The notes under the pieces were generated by a model. That model ran no database searches and was not told the DNA's origin. It was given only the letters and a program-made list of their open reading frames with translations. From Microcoleus sp. (GTDB taxonomy: Bacteria; Cyanobacteriota; Cyanobacteriia; Cyanobacteriales; Microcoleaceae), in NCBI GenBank assembly GCA_042408215.1, contig JAYFMW010000006.1, positions 608,001 through 672,000 on the forward strand: a stretch of 64,000 nt of DNA, read 5' to 3'. The position numbers and the translations under genes are program-made. Shown here in pieces: positions 1 to 12,019 of the stretch; within the stretch, counting starts at the first letter, position 1, and the number at the start of each line of letters is the position of its first letter.

Positions 1-881
1 GTAGAAACCAGCCGGGAAGTTTTGTAAATTTGGCGCGAGTCAATATTGGTCAGCGGTTCCTCAGAGTCCGCAGGCCGGCCCAAGAACGGGTTAAAATATT
101 GGCGTCGCACGTACAGGGCCATCACTAACTCTTCGAGAGCCGCATTGCCCGCTCGTTCGCCAATGCCGTTAATCGTGCATTCTAACTGTCTGGCGCCATT
201 TTTTACAGCTTCCAAAAAGTTAGCAACCGCCAGTCCTAAATCATTGTGACCGTGAACTGAAATAATTGCGCGATCGATATTCGGCACATTTTCCTTAATT
301 CCCCGAATCAAAGCCCCAAACTCGCTCGGAGTAGTGTAGCCGACTGTATCGGGAATATTAACAGTAGTCGCCCCTGCGGCGATCGCCCGTTCCAGAACCT
401 GATACAAAAACTCCGGCTCCGAACGACAAGCATCTTCCGGGGAAAATTCCACATCTTCGACAAAAGACTTAGCATAAGCCACCATTTCCGGCACTATTTC
501 CAGCACCTCAGCCCTGGTCTTTTTCAGCTTATATTCCAAGTGAATATCAGATGTCGCCAGAAACGTATGAATTCGCGAATTTACGGCTGGTTTGAGAGCC
601 TCGGCTGCTGTTTTGATATCTGGCTTTCTCGCCCTTGCTAGACCGCAAATTGTCGGCCCATCTTCCGTGCCAACAGTCCGAGCTATTTTTTGGACAGCCT
701 CAAAATCTCCCCTGCTGGTGAAAGGGAAACCTGCTTCTATTATGTCTACACCCAATCTGGCTAACTGACGAGCGATCGTCAGTTTTTCGTCCATATTTAG
801 AGATGCGCCCGGAGATTGTTCTCCGTCCCGCAGAGTCGTATCAAAAATCACAATCCGGTCTTGACTTGGTTGAGTTTTCAT
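1..881 (-). CDS. leuA: 2-isopropylmalate synthase (5' part; continues past the left edge)
   Basis: Manual translation from ATG at 881: [25 protein letters not shown]...[42 protein letters not shown], the DRE-TIM LeuA motifs. Missing from the ORF track because it is truncated. Confidence 0.95.
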   Translation of the reverse strand, partial: MKTQPSQDRIVIFDTTLRDGEQSPGASLNMDEKLTIARQLARLGVDIIEAGFPFTSRGDFEAVQKIARTVGTEDGPTICGLARARKPDIKTAAEALKPAVNSRIHTFLATSDIHLEYKLKKTRAEVLEIVPEMVAYAKSFVEDVEFSPEDACRSEPEFLYQVLERAIAAGATTVNIPDTVGYTTPSEFGALIRGIKENVPNIDRAIISVHGHNDLGLAVANFLEAVKNGARQLECTINGIGERAGNAALEELVMALYVRRQYFNPFLGRPADSEEPLTNIDSRQIYKTSRLVS

Positions 882-965
882 AGCGCTCAAAAAGTGTTCT
901 CCTGACTCACAGTGTTTTTCATTTTTAGGCTTCGGCTAGTACAGATCAGGGTTCATGACAAGGTA

Positions 966-1094
966 TATAGCCTTTCTCAGTAACATGAGGTACGCATAGG
1001 GCATAGGGCATAGGGCATAGGGCATAGGGCATAGGGCATAGGGCATAGGGCATAGGGCCGAAAAGCATACCTCACTTTCTTGAGAACCGCTATA
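966..1094. mobile_element. MITE-like element: imperfect TIRs TATAGC..TTCTCA..GAGGTA / TACCTC..TGAGAA..GCTATA enclosing (GGCATAG)n
   Basis: Inverted termini are visible, and a related inverted copy lies at 14168-14275. Confidence 0.7.
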
Positions 1095-1102
1095 TAGAAA
1101 TT

Positions 1103-1151
1103 TATTACCAATTACCAATTACCAATTACCAATTACCAATTACCAATTACC
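1103..1151. repeat. Heptamer tandem repeat (ATTACCA)n, STRR-type
   Basis: About 7 direct copies. Confidence 0.9.
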
Positions 1152-1158
1152 GTTGGGC

Positions 1159-1680
1159 CTAATAATCCATCTTCTCGATATGTTCCCGAATTTCATTTAA
1201 GTCTATATACCTATCGGTAGCATTTCGGAGTTCTCTCGCAATCATTCCTTCAGTTGATACCACAGTAATATGAGTATTTTTCGAGCGCAGTAGCTCTATA
1301 GCTCGCTCAAAATCCCCATCCCCGCTAAACAGCACCACCTGGTCGTACTGATCCACCGTATTAAACATATCAACCACAATCTCTATGTCTAAATTAGCCT
1401 TTTGAGAGTACCTACCCGAAGCATCGTCGTAATATTCCTTAAGAATCTTAGTGCGCACCGTGTAACCCAGACTAATCAAAGCATCCCGAAATCCCCTTTG
1501 ATCTTGCGGGTCTTTAAGACCCGTATACCAGAAAGCATTAATCAAGATGACATTCGGCTGCGAAGTTTTGAAATATTCGAGCACCCTGCGAGGATCAAAA
1601 AACCAACCATTTTTTTGTTGAGCGTAGAACATATTGTTCCCGTCCACAAAAATAGAAAGGCGGTTCATTAAGTTTGTCAT
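1159..1680 (-). CDS. labA: LabA / NYN-domain protein (circadian output)
   Basis: IFVDGNNMFYAQQKNGWFFDPRRVL, KANLDIEIVVDM and SGDGDF motifs. Confidence 0.85.
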   Translation of the reverse strand: MTNLMNRLSIFVDGNNMFYAQQKNGWFFDPRRVLEYFKTSQPNVILINAFWYTGLKDPQDQRGFRDALISLGYTVRTKILKEYYDDASGRYSQKANLDIEIVVDMFNTVDQYDQVVLFSGDGDFERAIELLRSKNTHITVVSTEGMIARELRNATDRYIDLNEIREHIEKMDY

Positions 1681-2018
1681 AGAAACTTAGACCTAATATT
1701 TGTAGAAAGAATTTAATCTAAATATCACATTTTAGCAACATGGAGCTAACTGAGGCAATAGATTAAACTTCAGGAAACTCCATCTCCCCAGTATTTCATA
1801 TTTTCGGCTCTACCGCCAGAGGGTCATTGGAAAGCTGCTTTTCCTCGATCGATTCCCCTCCCCCTCTAAACCAGACCCCCAGTAACTAAGGGGGCGACTG
1901 CGGTGTCAAGGTTAATGGGGCTACCAGCGACGCTGTACCGCCCTACCGCCCAGGCGGCATACGATCGGGCATTTGCATTACCTTTTCCCTCCCTCATTTA
2001 ATAGCAGCCTTTCTGGGC

Positions 2019-2669
2019 TTAAGCTTTTTTGCTTTCCAGGGCCCAGCGGGCTAACTCTGTCCGGTTGTGCAGACCAGTCTTACCCAGCATATTGCTGACA
2101 TGACTCTCTATAGTCCGCTGGCTGACATTCATCACGTCTGCGATTTGGCGGTTGGCCAGACCCTGCGCTAGTAACTGTACCACCTTTAACTCAGTTGGAG
2201 TCAATTCGACATTACGCTTCGCCTTAATTTTGGGGCCGCTCTCAATACTGTGATTTTGGTGGCGAATCAAGCGGGATGCTGCTTTCAGAGAAGATTCTAC
2301 TTGAGCTACCAGTTCTTCGGGTTCAAAAGGCTTGACTATATAAACGTCAGCCCCCGTGCTCAAGCCTTTTACTCGGTCATGACTTTGACCTTTAGCAGAC
2401 AAGAAAAGAACCGGAATCCAGTTAGTAAGCGGGTCTTCTCTGATGTGTTTGACTAAAGTATAGCCGTCCATTTCCGGCATCATCACATCGCAGATAATCA
2501 GGTCTGGCACTTCTTCTTCTAGTTTTTCGAGAGCGTGTCTGCCGTTTTCTGCTGTGATGACGTTGTAACCCCGAAACTCTAAGTAATCCTTGACTAGCAG
2601 GATCAAGTTGGGGTCGTCGTCAACCAGCATCAGCCGTTTTTGATCTCCTGAATTATTGTCTTTTGTCAT
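2019..2669 (-). CDS. NarL/LuxR-family response regulator (Ycf29-like)
   Basis: Receiver domain (LVDDD, CDVMMP, KPF) plus LuxR HTH (LTPTELKVV...SQRTIESHVSN). ATG at 2669 chosen as start. Confidence 0.9.
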   Translation of the reverse strand: MTKDNNSGDQKRLMLVDDDPNLILLVKDYLEFRGYNVITAENGRHALEKLEEEVPDLIICDVMMPEMDGYTLVKHIREDPLTNWIPVLFLSAKGQSHDRVKGLSTGADVYIVKPFEPEELVAQVESSLKAASRLIRHQNHSIESGPKIKAKRNVELTPTELKVVQLLAQGLANRQIADVMNVSQRTIESHVSNMLGKTGLHNRTELARWALESKKA

Positions 2670-2711
2670 GTTTATTCCCGCTAGAGTGTCCCGCACGCTT
2701 CCTTGTTTTCA

Positions 2712-3990
2712 CTGCTTCGTAAAACTTACCCAAACTTAACTAAAGCCATCTTTAGCCAAAATTCAGAACTCACTTCCTGCGCTGTTGGGTGGTCGGCCAT
2801 CCCAAGATAAGCAGGCTATCCCCCAATAGCCTTGGGTTCCCAATTTAAAATATTCAAACTGGCATTTAAATCGCGGTCTATCAACACGCCGCCAGCCGGA
2901 CAATTATAAATCCTTTCGGCTAAAGGCAGATCTTTTTTATGCCCGCAATTGGCACAAATCTTAGAACTGGGAAACCATCGATCTATCAGCACTAAGCTCG
3001 CTCCATACATTTTGCACTTGTACTCTAGCTGTCGCCTGAATTCGTAAAAACCTAAGTCGGATATTGCCAGAGCTAACTTGTGATTTGCCAGCAAGCCTCT
3101 AACATTCAAGTCTTCAATCTTAATTAGCTTGAAAGTTTTAGCCAAATAAGTTGTCAACTTGTGAAGGAAGTCTTTACGAATGCAGGCTATCGTCCGCGCG
3201 AGCCTGCCGATCTTGTTGTAAGTTTTGCGCTGGTTGTTTGAGCCTTTTATTTGCCTTGACGCCTTTCCCTGCAACCGCGCAAGCTTGGTTTTCGCTTGCT
3301 TTAGGGGTTTTGGCGCATCAAATACTTGACTGTTTGATAGGGTGACAAAAGATTTAACACCTACGTCAATTCCTACAGAACCTTCAGGTTGTTGCACTGG
3401 CAAACGTTGGGCATCAACACAAAAAGAAACAAACCAGCGATTTCCTTCTTTTGAAATGGTCAAAGTTTGAGATGCAAACCCATGCGGCAGTGGCTCGTGA
3501 AGCCGAAAAGTCCCCAAAGTAGGAATCTTGATGCTGTTGCCAGATTTTAGTAGAACTTTTCCATTAGAAGAATCAACCGTGAATGATTGCCCGTCTCGGC
3601 GGCTGGCAAATTTTGGATGGGCGGCTTTTCCCAAGCGATACCGACTGAACGCTTCTTTCAAGTCAATCAAAGCGTTTTGGTAAACTCGACTGGACAACTG
3701 GTTCATCCAAGCGCATTCAGGTTGTTTCTTGACGTGATTGGTAAGAACTTTCTTGACTTCGTTGATGACCTTTGAGTCTGAAAACTCACCTGCACCGTAC
3801 ATTTGGACTCGCAAGCTCAAACCCATGTTAAATACTACACGCCGAAATCCTGCGTGTTTTGCCATCAAGGTCGCTTCCCTATTATTCAATTTGAGCGCTC
3901 GCTTGACGGCAAACATGGTTAAACCTCCTCTCGGTAATTAACTGTGGACAAGTTTAGTAAACTATTTGGCACTTAAGTCCAACTCCCTGG
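2712..3990 (-). mobile_element. tnpA-less IS607-like element carrying tnpB (left boundary approximate)
   Basis: On the minus strand tnpB is followed by GGGGGATAGCCTGC...GCAGGAAGTG...AAGTTTGGGTAAGTTTTACGAAGCAG, which resembles cyanobacterial IS607 right ends. No transposase ORF upstream. Confidence 0.6.
2816..3916 (-). CDS. tnpB: RNA-guided endonuclease TnpB (IS607/IS605 group)
   Basis: RuvC motifs GIDVG, IEDLNV and DRDLNA; FPSSKICANCG Zn-finger, second pair CPAG. Confidence 0.93.
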   Translation of the reverse strand: MFAVKRALKLNNREATLMAKHAGFRRVVFNMGLSLRVQMYGAGEFSDSKVINEVKKVLTNHVKKQPECAWMNQLSSRVYQNALIDLKEAFSRYRLGKAAHPKFASRRDGQSFTVDSSNGKVLLKSGNSIKIPTLGTFRLHEPLPHGFASQTLTISKEGNRWFVSFCVDAQRLPVQQPEGSVGIDVGVKSFVTLSNSQVFDAPKPLKQAKTKLARLQGKASRQIKGSNNQRKTYNKIGRLARTIACIRKDFLHKLTTYLAKTFKLIKIEDLNVRGLLANHKLALAISDLGFYEFRRQLEYKCKMYGASLVLIDRWFPSSKICANCGHKKDLPLAERIYNCPAGGVLIDRDLNASLNILNWEPKAIGG

Positions 3991-4280
3991 TAGAGCCAAA
4001 GTTATATTTAATCTCGATCGGTGTAATTACAGCCCCGGTTTTCAATGCTACTTCTGAATATAGAGAGATTTAAGCAGACTCCATACTTACGTGTTTAACT
4101 TTTTCTAGTGTAGTTTAGCAAACTGCCTAGTGGCTACCACTGAGAAACTTTTTCGGCAAATGTCACGCTCCTTTGAGCTGTAACAGGTGCGATCGACCCG
4201 ATACTGAAAGGTCTCACCTTCTCACCCTTAAATTTAACACTTTACTTTTAACGCTGTACCGATCGCAGCCAGCGCTACAG

Positions 4281-4757
4281 TTAAATGTTTGACTCAGCCA
4301 GAGGTGGCTGTGGCAAAGGATGAGTCAAGAAAGCATATTCTTCAACTACCTTTGAGTTTAAGAGATGTTCCTGAATAATTCTCTCGATGACGGCGGGCGT
4401 AACGTCGCGGTACCAAACTCCGTCTGGATAGACTACCATAATCGGGCCTTGAGTACAAACTCGCAGGCAATTGGCTTTGGTGCGAAAGACGCAGCTTGGC
4501 CGATCGACACTCGGCTTGTCCAACCCCAATTCTTGCAAGCGTTTTTTTAAGTAGTTCCATGCTTCCAGACTGGCTGCTCGATCGCAGCACTTGGGCAGGG
4601 TTTGGTCAGCACAGATAAAAATATGCCGCTCGATTTGAGCTAGTCCCAGGCTGTCAACGCACACCCTCAAGCCTTGAGAGCAAGATTCATCCTGATTTTC
4701 TGACATCTGATTCATTGGTCGCACGTAATTATTTGGCAAATAAAAATTTATCACCAC
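4281..4757 (-). CDS. Thioredoxin-like (2Fe-2S) ferredoxin; true start probably downstream
   Basis: HIFIC...CC...[22 protein letters not shown]. Confidence 0.88.
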   Translation of the reverse strand: MVINFYLPNNYVRPMNQMSENQDESCSQGLRVCVDSLGLAQIERHIFICADQTLPKCCDRAASLEAWNYLKKRLQELGLDKPSVDRPSCVFRTKANCLRVCTQGPIMVVYPDGVWYRDVTPAVIERIIQEHLLNSKVVEEYAFLTHPLPQPPLAESNI

Positions 4758-4797
4758 TCTCCCGCTTTCCCACTGGGCTGCTTACTATCCGTGAACT

Positions 4798-4813
4798 GTT
4801 CGGGAACCCGTAC
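4798..4813 (+). promoter_or_regulatory. K-box upstream of groESL
   Basis: GTTCGG-GAAC-CCGTAC matches the cyanobacterial K-box GTTCGG-NNAN-CCNNAC. Confidence 0.85.
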
Positions 4814-4851
4814 AGACACGCAAGTTGCGATCGCCCCTGACTAAAGCTAAA

Positions 4852-4878
4852 TTAGCACTCAGGAGTCGAGAGTGCTAA
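4852..4878 (+). promoter_or_regulatory. CIRCE element (HrcA operator)
   Basis: Perfect TTAGCACTC-N9-GAGTGCTAA. Confidence 0.97.
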
Positions 4879-4963
4879 TATGTCAGTGTAAGTATTCAGT
4901 CGTTGCTTTCATAGCGACCTCTGACCACTGAATGACGACAATCTGTAATTTGGAGATTTATTT

Positions 4964-5275
4964 ATGGCAGCAGTATCACTGAGTGTTTCTACCGTTAAAC
5001 CGTTAGGCGAGCGCGTGTTCGTGAAAGTAAGCGCTAGCGAAGAAAAAACCGCCGGCGGCATCCTTCTGCCTGACACAGCCAAAGAAAAGCCCCAAGTAGG
5101 GGAAGTCGCGGCAGTAGGCCCCGGCAAACGCAATGACGACGGTCAGCGCGTGGAAATGGAAGTCAAAGTCGGCGACAAAGTTCTCTACTCGAAGTATGCC
5201 GGCACCGACATCAAACTCGGCACCGACGAATACGTCTTGCTAGCCGAAAAAGACATTCTGGCGATCGTTAACTAA
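4964..5275 (+). CDS. groES: Co-chaperonin GroES
   Basis: [10 protein letters not shown]...[17 protein letters not shown]. Confidence 0.98.
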   Translation: MAAVSLSVSTVKPLGERVFVKVSASEEKTAGGILLPDTAKEKPQVGEVAAVGPGKRNDDGQRVEMEVKVGDKVLYSKYAGTDIKLGTDEYVLLAEKDILAIVN

Positions 5276-5346
5276 TTAATCCTTAGTCATTAGTCATTAG
5301 TCATCAGTCATTAGTTCGATCGCGAACAACGCAAAAAAACTAATGA

Positions 5347-7047
<1,701 letters not shown>

Positions 7048-7067
7048 TCGATAGTCGATCGTTTGAT

Positions 7068-7092
7068 GGGGCGGGCTTTAGGGCCTGCCCTG
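7068..7092 (+). terminator. Probable terminator hairpin after groEL
   Basis: GGGCGGGC-TTTAGG-GCCTGCCC stem-loop followed by AT-rich sequence. Confidence 0.5.
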
Positions 7093-7257
7093 TTAAATTG
7101 ATAACGGTTTTTAGCATAGGCATAACTTTAACTCTGAAGCGAAATTAACTAAACGCACAATCCATAAGGGCCCCGTGCCTCTGTAATCAAAACGCGAGCG
7201 AGGTTATATACCCAAAAGCCTAACCCTGCGTGACCGTTGCTAAACAGAGGAGTTAAA

Positions 7258-7704
7258 ATGCCCCAAAAAACCGTTTCCCTATCTAAAAAATGTATTCTGG
7301 ATACCGATCACGTTTCACTCATTCTCCAGAATAGTCCTCAAGTTATCACCAACGCAGCAAAACATGAGATTTCCGTCACTATTGTCACGGTTCAAGAACT
7401 CTTCAATGGCTGGGTTGGCAGGATTAACCATCCGTCCCAGGTGGATAACTTACCTGGACTCTATTATAAACTTTGGACAACTGTAAAATTTCTCCAAACT
7501 ATTGAGGTACTGAACTTTACACCGGAAGCTGATACTTGTCTCAAGAAACTGTTAAAGGATCACCCGCCCCTGCGGAAAAAGCCCCTGCAAAAAGATATGC
7601 GGATTGCAGCCATTGCCTTATCCGTCGGTGCTACGGTGATCACTGGCAACAAACGAGACTTTGGGCAAGTTCCCGGACTCTCGATCGAAGATTGGACGCT
7701 GTAG
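7258..7704 (+). CDS. PIN-domain (VapC-type) toxin
   Basis: ILDTDHVS, QE, DMRIAAIAL and TGNKRDF motifs. Confidence 0.88.
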   Translation: MPQKTVSLSKKCILDTDHVSLILQNSPQVITNAAKHEISVTIVTVQELFNGWVGRINHPSQVDNLPGLYYKLWTTVKFLQTIEVLNFTPEADTCLKKLLKDHPPLRKKPLQKDMRIAAIALSVGATVITGNKRDFGQVPGLSIEDWTL

Positions 7705-7891
7705 TGCGTTGGGGAACCCCGCCGAAGGCATTGCTGCTTTTCCGTATGGTGCGTTGGGGGATAAAACCCAACATTCATCCATCGGGATTTAGTGTGACTT
7801 TGGGTTCATAGCGATCGCCCCTTGCCTGAAATGGTGAGGGATTTTTTTCTGCGATACAATCAAGACAGCACTTAAAAAGCGTGATTTAAAC

Positions 7892-8251
7892 ATGGTAACA
7901 AGCTTAAATGTATTGCAATCCCAACCATCTAGCCAATGGAAAGTGACACTCCTGTTAGAAACTCTCTCATCAGGACAGGTTTCTGCTTCTGTTTTCGAGT
8001 TTCCGCACTGTCGAGTTGAAGCAGCAACTCGGGAAGAAGCCATTACCCAACTTCAAACCACATTGCTAGAAAGACTTAAGCATATTGAAGCTATTTCCTG
8101 GGAAGTACCGATTCAGGCTTCAGAACCCACCTGGATGCAATTTGCGGGTGTGTTTAAAGACGATCCAGATTTTCAGGAAATTATGGACGAGATTCGTGCA
8201 GAACGTACCTCTGACGATGACTCTGAAATCGATCCCTCATACTACCTGTAG
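7892..8251 (+). CDS. HicB-like putative antitoxin
   Basis: EFPHCRVEAATREEAI (HicB-like) and a WMQFAGVFKDDPDF C-terminus typical of cyanobacterial PIN partners. Confidence 0.6.
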   Translation: MVTSLNVLQSQPSSQWKVTLLLETLSSGQVSASVFEFPHCRVEAATREEAITQLQTTLLERLKHIEAISWEVPIQASEPTWMQFAGVFKDDPDFQEIMDEIRAERTSDDDSEIDPSYYL

Positions 8252-8278
8252 AGGTGATTTATAGGATAGTAAGCTAGC

Positions 8279-8653
8279 ATGAATCTATCATTTAAAGATT
8301 TCAGGTTTATTATAGAAGCCATTGAAAATCAAATCAATGCTTATCAAGAACGTTTGCAAGTAATTGAAGATATAGATGAGGATGAGGCTGCCGATCTAGG
8401 GAACGATATTAAATTTTTAGAGCTTCTACTCGCAGACATGAAGAAAAGTTTAGAGCATAATACTTCAGTCAAGCCTTTAAGTTCTGATGATGTTTTTTCG
8501 CCCGCTCGAAATGATAATTCTTCCGAATATGCAAAAGAATTATCATTTCAAGAATTAATGAAATTAACGCTTAATTTGTCACTTAGCGAGCGATTATTTT
8601 TAGTAGAGTCGATTACCTCATCTGTGCGCCACGAAGTCACTATTAGCCAATAA
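8279..8653 (+). CDS. Hypothetical protein
   Basis: 124-aa ORF, co-oriented with neighbours, with protein-like composition. Confidence 0.6.
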   Translation: MNLSFKDFRFIIEAIENQINAYQERLQVIEDIDEDEAADLGNDIKFLELLLADMKKSLEHNTSVKPLSSDDVFSPARNDNSSEYAKELSFQELMKLTLNLSLSERLFLVESITSSVRHEVTISQ

Positions 8654-8739
8654 TCAGCCAATTACAGGAGCTTCAGAAATTTGTGGTGATGATATACTGA
8701 GAATGATTGATTAATCCTAAGTGAGCAGAGGTCAGGCCA

Positions 8740-8961
8740 ATGTCAGCCACCATCACAATTAGCCCCAGCGAAATTCGGCAGATATTTCAGCCGCGCACAT
8801 CCAGCGCTTCAAGGTTTTGGGAACTGGCTCAAAAAGCAAACAATTTAGCTGTAATAATTGAAGCTCGTTGGGAGCAGATTCCCCCTGAGACTAGAGAATT
8901 ACTCAAAATTTTTGCCTATGCCTTAGAGGTAGAAACCGGGTTTCTGCGTGAATGTGGGTGA
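8740..8961 (+). pseudogene. Hypothetical protein, probably truncated by a REP-like palindrome
   Basis: The last codons (VETGFLRECG) come from the AGAAACCGGGTTTC repeat at 8931-8994. Confidence 0.45.
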
Positions 8962-9122
8962 TGATACATAAATTATCGCAGAAACCCGGTTTCTGAGATT
9001 GATTTTACTTTGATTATTTGCTCGTTATGTCCCGACAACCCCGTCGGAAACATAGACAGGGCATGGCTTCGTGGTTTTGGGCTTTGTTATAAATCTTTAT
9101 GAAATCCTGAAACGCTTAGATG

Positions 9123-10616
9123 TTACGCTTTACAAGTTTCGACGCGAGAGAAGAGAATACCCACTCTTTTTAAGGTATCAGCATCATTCCCTACCTTTCG
9201 TTGTAAAAACTCTCCTCCATTAAATTTTATATACCAACCCCATTGTGCCCACAAAACCAAAGCAGGGAGGTGAGCTTCTGGTACTTTCTCTGAAAAAGTG
9301 AGGTTGTTGTAGTACAGCCATTCGTTATTTTTTCTCCAGCCTACCCGATCGCAAAAATTTTTCCATATTTCCTCATCATAGCTACTGGTTCCCCCCAAAC
9401 TTTGATAGATGCGCTTCTGCACGCTAAAGCCGAAGCGCCCATTGCTGTATTTTACCCAAAGTTGGTCTATGGTTCGTAAGTCCTCGCAGGGAAATTTTTC
9501 AATATGTTCTAGATTCAGCCATTCTTTTTTCTCCATACCCGCCACCTTACACATCACTCTCGTCGTTTCCTGATCCGCTTCTTGCCATTTTTTAGCAGCC
9601 AATAAATTCCGCAAGTTTATATAATCCATCCCCACGGCTGAAACCACCCGCGTAGTCTCAGGATGTGTTGGTTTCGGCTTAGGTATTGGTGCGGATATTG
9701 ATGCTAGCAATTGATCGATTCGATCGAGATCGGGATCGGGGATTTCCCTTCGACTTCGCTCAGGGGACGGCGTTGGTTTCGGCTCAGGGGGTGCTAATGC
9801 TGTCAATACTTGTTCTGCTGTCCACCTTTGTGATCGCTTTTTCTGCAAGCATCTCCTGACTATTTCTGTGAAGGGTTCTGGTATTTTTGACCAGTCTATT
9901 TCTGGCTCTTCTTCCATAATCTTTTTCATTAACTGCGCTTCTGTATCTGCGGTAAATGGCGCGGTTCCTGTCAGGATTTCTGCTGTCATAATTCCCAAAG
10001 ACCATATATCCCAACCTGTTGCGACTACTCCGTCGTAGGCTTCCGGGGGAACGTATAAGGTTGTACCTCTTCTATCGCTGGTTCTACCTGAGTTTTTGAC
10101 GCTGATTTCTCTGAGCAATCCGAAGTCTGATACTTTCCATGTATTGACTACATATAGCAAGTTTGCTGGTTTGATGTCTCGGTGTACTTTTCGGGGATTT
10201 GATTGATGTAGGTAGTTTAATGCTGCTGCTGTTGATTTGACTATTTCTATCGCTTCGGCTGGGGAGATTTTCCCGGTTTTTCGTTGTTTTTCTAAGTTGG
10301 TTGTCGCGATTTCCATGACGATGAATAAATACTCGTCTTCTTTGACTTCGCCGAAGCCTGATGTGTAGCTACGGATGATGTTTTCGTGGTGAATATTTAC
10401 TGCTGCTGTTAGTTCTGTTAGTTGTTTTTCGGCTTTGGTTTCATCTTCTTCTGGGGCGATTAGTTTGATTGCTACTTCCCTGATGAATTTGTTTTTGATT
10501 ACTTCATCTGCTTTGTATACGGCTCCGTATCCTCCACATCCTAGGTATTCTTGGAGGTAGTATTGATTGTTGATTGTTTCGCCTTGTAGTTTTCTCCAAT
10601 GTCTTTCTGGGTACAT
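9123..10616 (-). CDS. Ser/Thr protein kinase with C-terminal GUN4 domain
   Basis: GCGGYGAVY, VAIK, HRDIKPAN and DFG; GUN4 motifs WQEADQET and LRTIDQLWVKYSNGRFGFSVQ. ATG at 10616. Confidence 0.93.
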   Translation of the reverse strand: MYPERHWRKLQGETINNQYYLQEYLGCGGYGAVYKADEVIKNKFIREVAIKLIAPEEDETKAEKQLTELTAAVNIHHENIIRSYTSGFGEVKEDEYLFIVMEIATTNLEKQRKTGKISPAEAIEIVKSTAAALNYLHQSNPRKVHRDIKPANLLYVVNTWKVSDFGLLREISVKNSGRTSDRRGTTLYVPPEAYDGVVATGWDIWSLGIMTAEILTGTAPFTADTEAQLMKKIMEEEPEIDWSKIPEPFTEIVRRCLQKKRSQRWTAEQVLTALAPPEPKPTPSPERSRREIPDPDLDRIDQLLASISAPIPKPKPTHPETTRVVSAVGMDYINLRNLLAAKKWQEADQETTRVMCKVAGMEKKEWLNLEHIEKFPCEDLRTIDQLWVKYSNGRFGFSVQKRIYQSLGGTSSYDEEIWKNFCDRVGWRKNNEWLYYNNLTFSEKVPEAHLPALVLWAQWGWYIKFNGGEFLQRKVGNDADTLKRVGILFSRVETCKA

Positions 10617-10620
10617 GATT

Positions 10621-10806
10621 TTACAAATTACAATAATTAGGCTTATTTTCAATTATTATACAATCAATCTCTGGTTGCTTCCCAGTTTCTTTGTCTTCTT
10701 TGGGATTTTGGGCGCGGTAGGTGACTCCGAATCCGCCGCCACCGAGGATGGCTTCGATGATGTATTTGTTGTTGTGGAGTTGTTGTCCGGGGGGCCAGTG
10801 TCTCAT
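10621..10806 (-). pseudogene. Orphan Ser/Thr kinase N-terminal fragment
   Basis: MRHWPPGQQLHNNKYIIEAILGGGGFGVTYRA, after which kinase homology is lost. Confidence 0.65.
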
Positions 10807-10885
10807 GGCGGGTATGTGGGGATGGAGAGGATGGTTTTGATTATAGCTGAGATGGGGGAATTTTGGTTGAGGCTTTGGGTGAAGC

Positions 10886-11204
10886 TGAGAAACCGGGTTT
10901 TTTCGGAGTTTTTGGGTGGTGATTGGGTATTGTCGCAAAAACCCGGTTTCTGGAGTCTTTGGGTGAGGCTGAGAAACCGGGTTTTTTCGGGGTTTTTGGG
11001 TTGTAGTTAGGTATTGTCGCAAAAACCCGGTTTCTTGAGGCCTTTGGGTGAGGTTGAGAAACCGGGTTTTTTCGGAGTTTTTGGGTTGTAGTTAGGTATT
11101 GTCGCAAAAACCCGGTTTCTGGAGTCTTTGCGTGGGTTCAGAAACCGGGTTTTTTCGGAGTTTTTGGGTGGTGATTGGGTATTGTCGCAAAAACCCGGTT
11201 TCTG
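10886..11204. repeat. Cluster of REP-like palindromic units (GAAACCGGGTTTT...AAAACCCGGTTTCT), about 85-bp period, 4 units
   Basis: Direct inspection. Confidence 0.9.
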
Positions 11205-11344
11205 GAGGCCTTTAGCAGTGCTATGTCCGTACAAAGCCCGATCGCCCCCTGTGCGTGTAAAATTGACTAAAGTCTAAATATTTTCAGCAGCCCGATCGCA
11301 AATCAATCCTTAACACATCACTCTCAACAACCACCACAATCATC

Positions 11345-12005
11345 ATGAAACTTTACCATACTCCGATTTCCTTCAACTCCCGCCGCGTGTGGATCGCCCT
11401 CATCGAAAAAAACCTCGACTTTGAATTAGTAGAAATTCACTTGGACGGCGATCACTTAGAGCCTGAATTTGTCGCAATGAATCCTTTTCATCGTATCCCT
11501 GTTTTGGTCGATGATGACTTCACCGTCGTCGAGTCTCTGGCAATTCTTGACTATCTAGAAGCCAAGTATCCCGAACCGGCAATGCTCCCGAAAGATGCGA
11601 AAGATTTGGCAGTTGTGAAAATGGTAGAATTGGTGACTGTTAACGAACTTGCGCCGACACTTTACCCCCTCATCAGTGAAGTAATGGGTTGGGGAATTCC
11701 TGAACCTCAAGCAATCGCAAAGGCTAAGGAAAAAGTCGATACTGTGCTGGCATTCTTTGAAGGTTTGTTGGACGATCGCCCTTTTTTCGCTAGTAACACT
11801 TTGACATTGGCCGACTGCGTTGCTGGAACTGTTGTACCCTTGCTGTCCTGGGTTGGTGTTCCCTTAGATCCGCTATCCTAAAATTCAAGCTTGGTGCGAT
11901 CGCCTAATATCGCGTCCCTCATTCCAGCAAACCCAATTCACCGAGGCAGACTTGGCGGCTTTCGCATCAAGGAGACAAACATTTCTGGCACAATCTCAAG
12001 CCTGA
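11345..12005 (+). pseudogene. Glutathione S-transferase with a frameshift near 11870 (pseudogene or sequencing error)
   Basis: GST motifs NPFHRIPVL and ES. The C-terminus RYPKIQAWCDRLISRPSFQQT continues in another frame to TGA at 12005. Confidence 0.85.
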
Positions 12006-12019
12006 TTAGCTCTGATGAC

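Noticed and set aside
10567..11234. Overlapping ORFs with KPGF/RNRVF motifs
   Set aside because: Derived from REP palindromes; only the kinase stub is retained.
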